Below are positions 62,255 through 64,000 of a stretch of 64,000 nt of DNA, one piece after another. Under the pieces are notes generated by a model. That model worked only from the letters and a program-made list of their open reading frames with translations, had not been told where the DNA came from and searched no databases. Position numbers and translations under genes: made by a program. Source of the DNA: Octopus sinensis (lineage: Eukaryota); NCBI RefSeq assembly GCF_006345805.1, contig NC_043013.1, positions 54,312,001-54,376,000 on the forward strand, in the 5' to 3' direction. The number at the start of each line of letters is the position of its first letter. The stretch's first letter is position 1.

Positions 62255-62448
62255 TCAACCCTTAAGCATTCAAATTAATCTCTTAACCATGCATTATCTC
62301 ATAGTTTCAAGCTTTCAAAGATGTGATCGTCTTATTCTAAGACTGACATAGCAGGGTAGGTGTGAGAGGCCATAACTAGCCAGTTTCAACATGAAACATG
62401 TACAATATTTTGGTCTGATATGGCCCAGTTTAAATGCTGAAGGGTTAA
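62255..62448. mobile_element. piggyBac-type MITE (about 190 bp)
   Basis: Left tcaaCCCTTAAGCATTCAAA, right TTTAAATGCTGAAGGGttaa: CCC..GGG termini with TTAA-like flanks. Confidence 0.7.
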
Positions 62449-62624
62449 GCATCAATACATAGTGTAGCTGAAAGGATAAGATATTTCATTTCTGTTTACA
62501 TCTCAAATGTTCTACTAAATTAAATAAGAGAACAAATATTCATATATAATTAAACCAAACTTGTGTTCAGACTAAAATATAAAAATGAAAAATAAAACAC
62601 AGAGAGCAGCTGGCAAGTGAGTGC

Positions 62625-62732
62625 ATATATGTAATATATGTGAAGATATATATATATATATATGTATATATATGTGAAGATATATATATATATATGAATA
62701 TATATGTGAAGATATATATATATGTACATATA

Positions 62733-62769
<37 letters not shown>

Positions 62770-62790
62770 GTGTACATATATATATATATA

Positions 62791-62822
<32 letters not shown>

Positions 62823-62854
62823 CATGCACATATATATATGCACATATATATATG

Positions 62855-62896
<42 letters not shown>

Positions 62897-63053
62897 TATA
62901 TGTATATATATATATGTATATATATGTATGTACATATATATATATGTATATATATGTACATATATGTATATATATATGTACACACATTCATACATACATA
63001 TGTATATATATATATATGTACACACACTCACACATACATATATACATATATAC

Positions 63054-63087
<34 letters not shown>

Positions 63088-63088
63088 G
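62625..63088. repeat. Compound (TA)n/(TG)n/(CA)n microsatellite
   Basis: Directly visible. Confidence 0.97.
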
Positions 63089-64000
63089 TAGCAGCTGAAC
63101 ATTTTGCTGCCATTTATGGTGTCCTACAAAAACATAGTGAAATTTCTCTGAACAGAAACTTAAACATTAATTATTTACTAAATCTTTTCTATTGTCATCT
63201 TCAAATAAATGACAAATGTGATAAATAGCAAGAACAAAGCCACTCGGATAATAATGTTCTTCCAAAGAAACAAACAACTTATGGAGAATAGTGTGTGAAA
63301 TAGTTGCTTCTTATTCCACTTTCACTGAGTTTGTTATATTAATACCATTTTAAGTGAGGTTTTCCTCTAATAGAAAGAAACTTTTATGTACTTGTGTTCA
63401 CTTACAGCATAGCTTCCAGTCATCTATTAACAGCTGATGATCAAAAGACCTACAGCTTCCATTTTAAGTGATTTTATATTATATTTTTACTTTCGATATG
63501 CAACAATTCTGCTACATTATTTACTTGGTCAAATGTAGTTACACTCTACAGAAGTATTACATTTACAGGTGACCTATTTTCTATTTTAAAGCATGTTCTA
63601 AGATACGCCTTAAACTATTTGCATTTATATTTCTCATCTGTTTTCAAAATGTGATACTTTGTAAGAATAATAGTTATCAGTTTTGCATTACAACACATTA
63701 ACGGCTTACGTATATTCAATGATATATCATTGATAGCTTAAATATTGAAGAAATAAAATAAATATTTCTTACATATTTTTAAGAGTAAACTAATTTCCAT
63801 TTTTGAAAACTTTATCTAAGTAAAATTTTCTTAAACACAATTAACTATAGTTTGTGAACATTTAATATAATAAATGAATACATACTGAGATAAGAAATAG
63901 CAAAGAAATAATCAAGTAAAATATTTAAGACTGGATTGTGGTGCTTAACTAATAAGTTAACTTCAATAAATATTTTTATGTTTTCATTTCTTATGAGACA

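Overview
AT-rich, microsatellite-dense eukaryotic genomic DNA. The repeat families (tRNA-derived CORE-type and other SINEs, RTE tails ending in (GAT)n, Dong/R4 and Penelope remnants) point to an Octopus genome; this is inference. Only one convincing host coding segment is present: a 676-bp internal exon (37910-37235, minus strand, phase 1/phase 2) of a thrombospondin type-1 domain-containing protein 7 (THSD7A/B-like) gene. No other exon of that gene was found, so the rest is probably two very large introns (at least 37 kb downstream and 26 kb upstream). These contain dozens of SINE copies (labelled here families A, B, C, F and repeat D), decayed RTE, L1/Tx1 and Dong/R4 LINE fragments, Tc1/mariner, piggyBac and Helentron-type MITEs, and long TA/CA microsatellites. 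Nearly all ORFs in the supplied track are microsatellite or repeat artefacts. Most interesting: (1) Penelope-type minimal hammerhead ribozyme motifs, one with an intact catalytic core on the THSD7 sense strand (12930-12964); (2) several near-perfect foldbacks and inverted repeat pairs that would form long dsRNA in the pre-mRNA, one with a perfect 62-bp core over a hammerhead remnant; (3) a compact CCAAT + four-unit heat-shock element + TATA + Inr-like module antisense to the gene (18147-18270); (4) chimeric, multimeric and tail-swapped SINEs and an (AAT)n insertion hotspot. I found no CRISPR, rRNA or genuine tRNA gene and cannot claim a wholly new system. Repeat boundaries are approximate unless TSDs or TIRs are quoted, and family names are from memory, not a database search.
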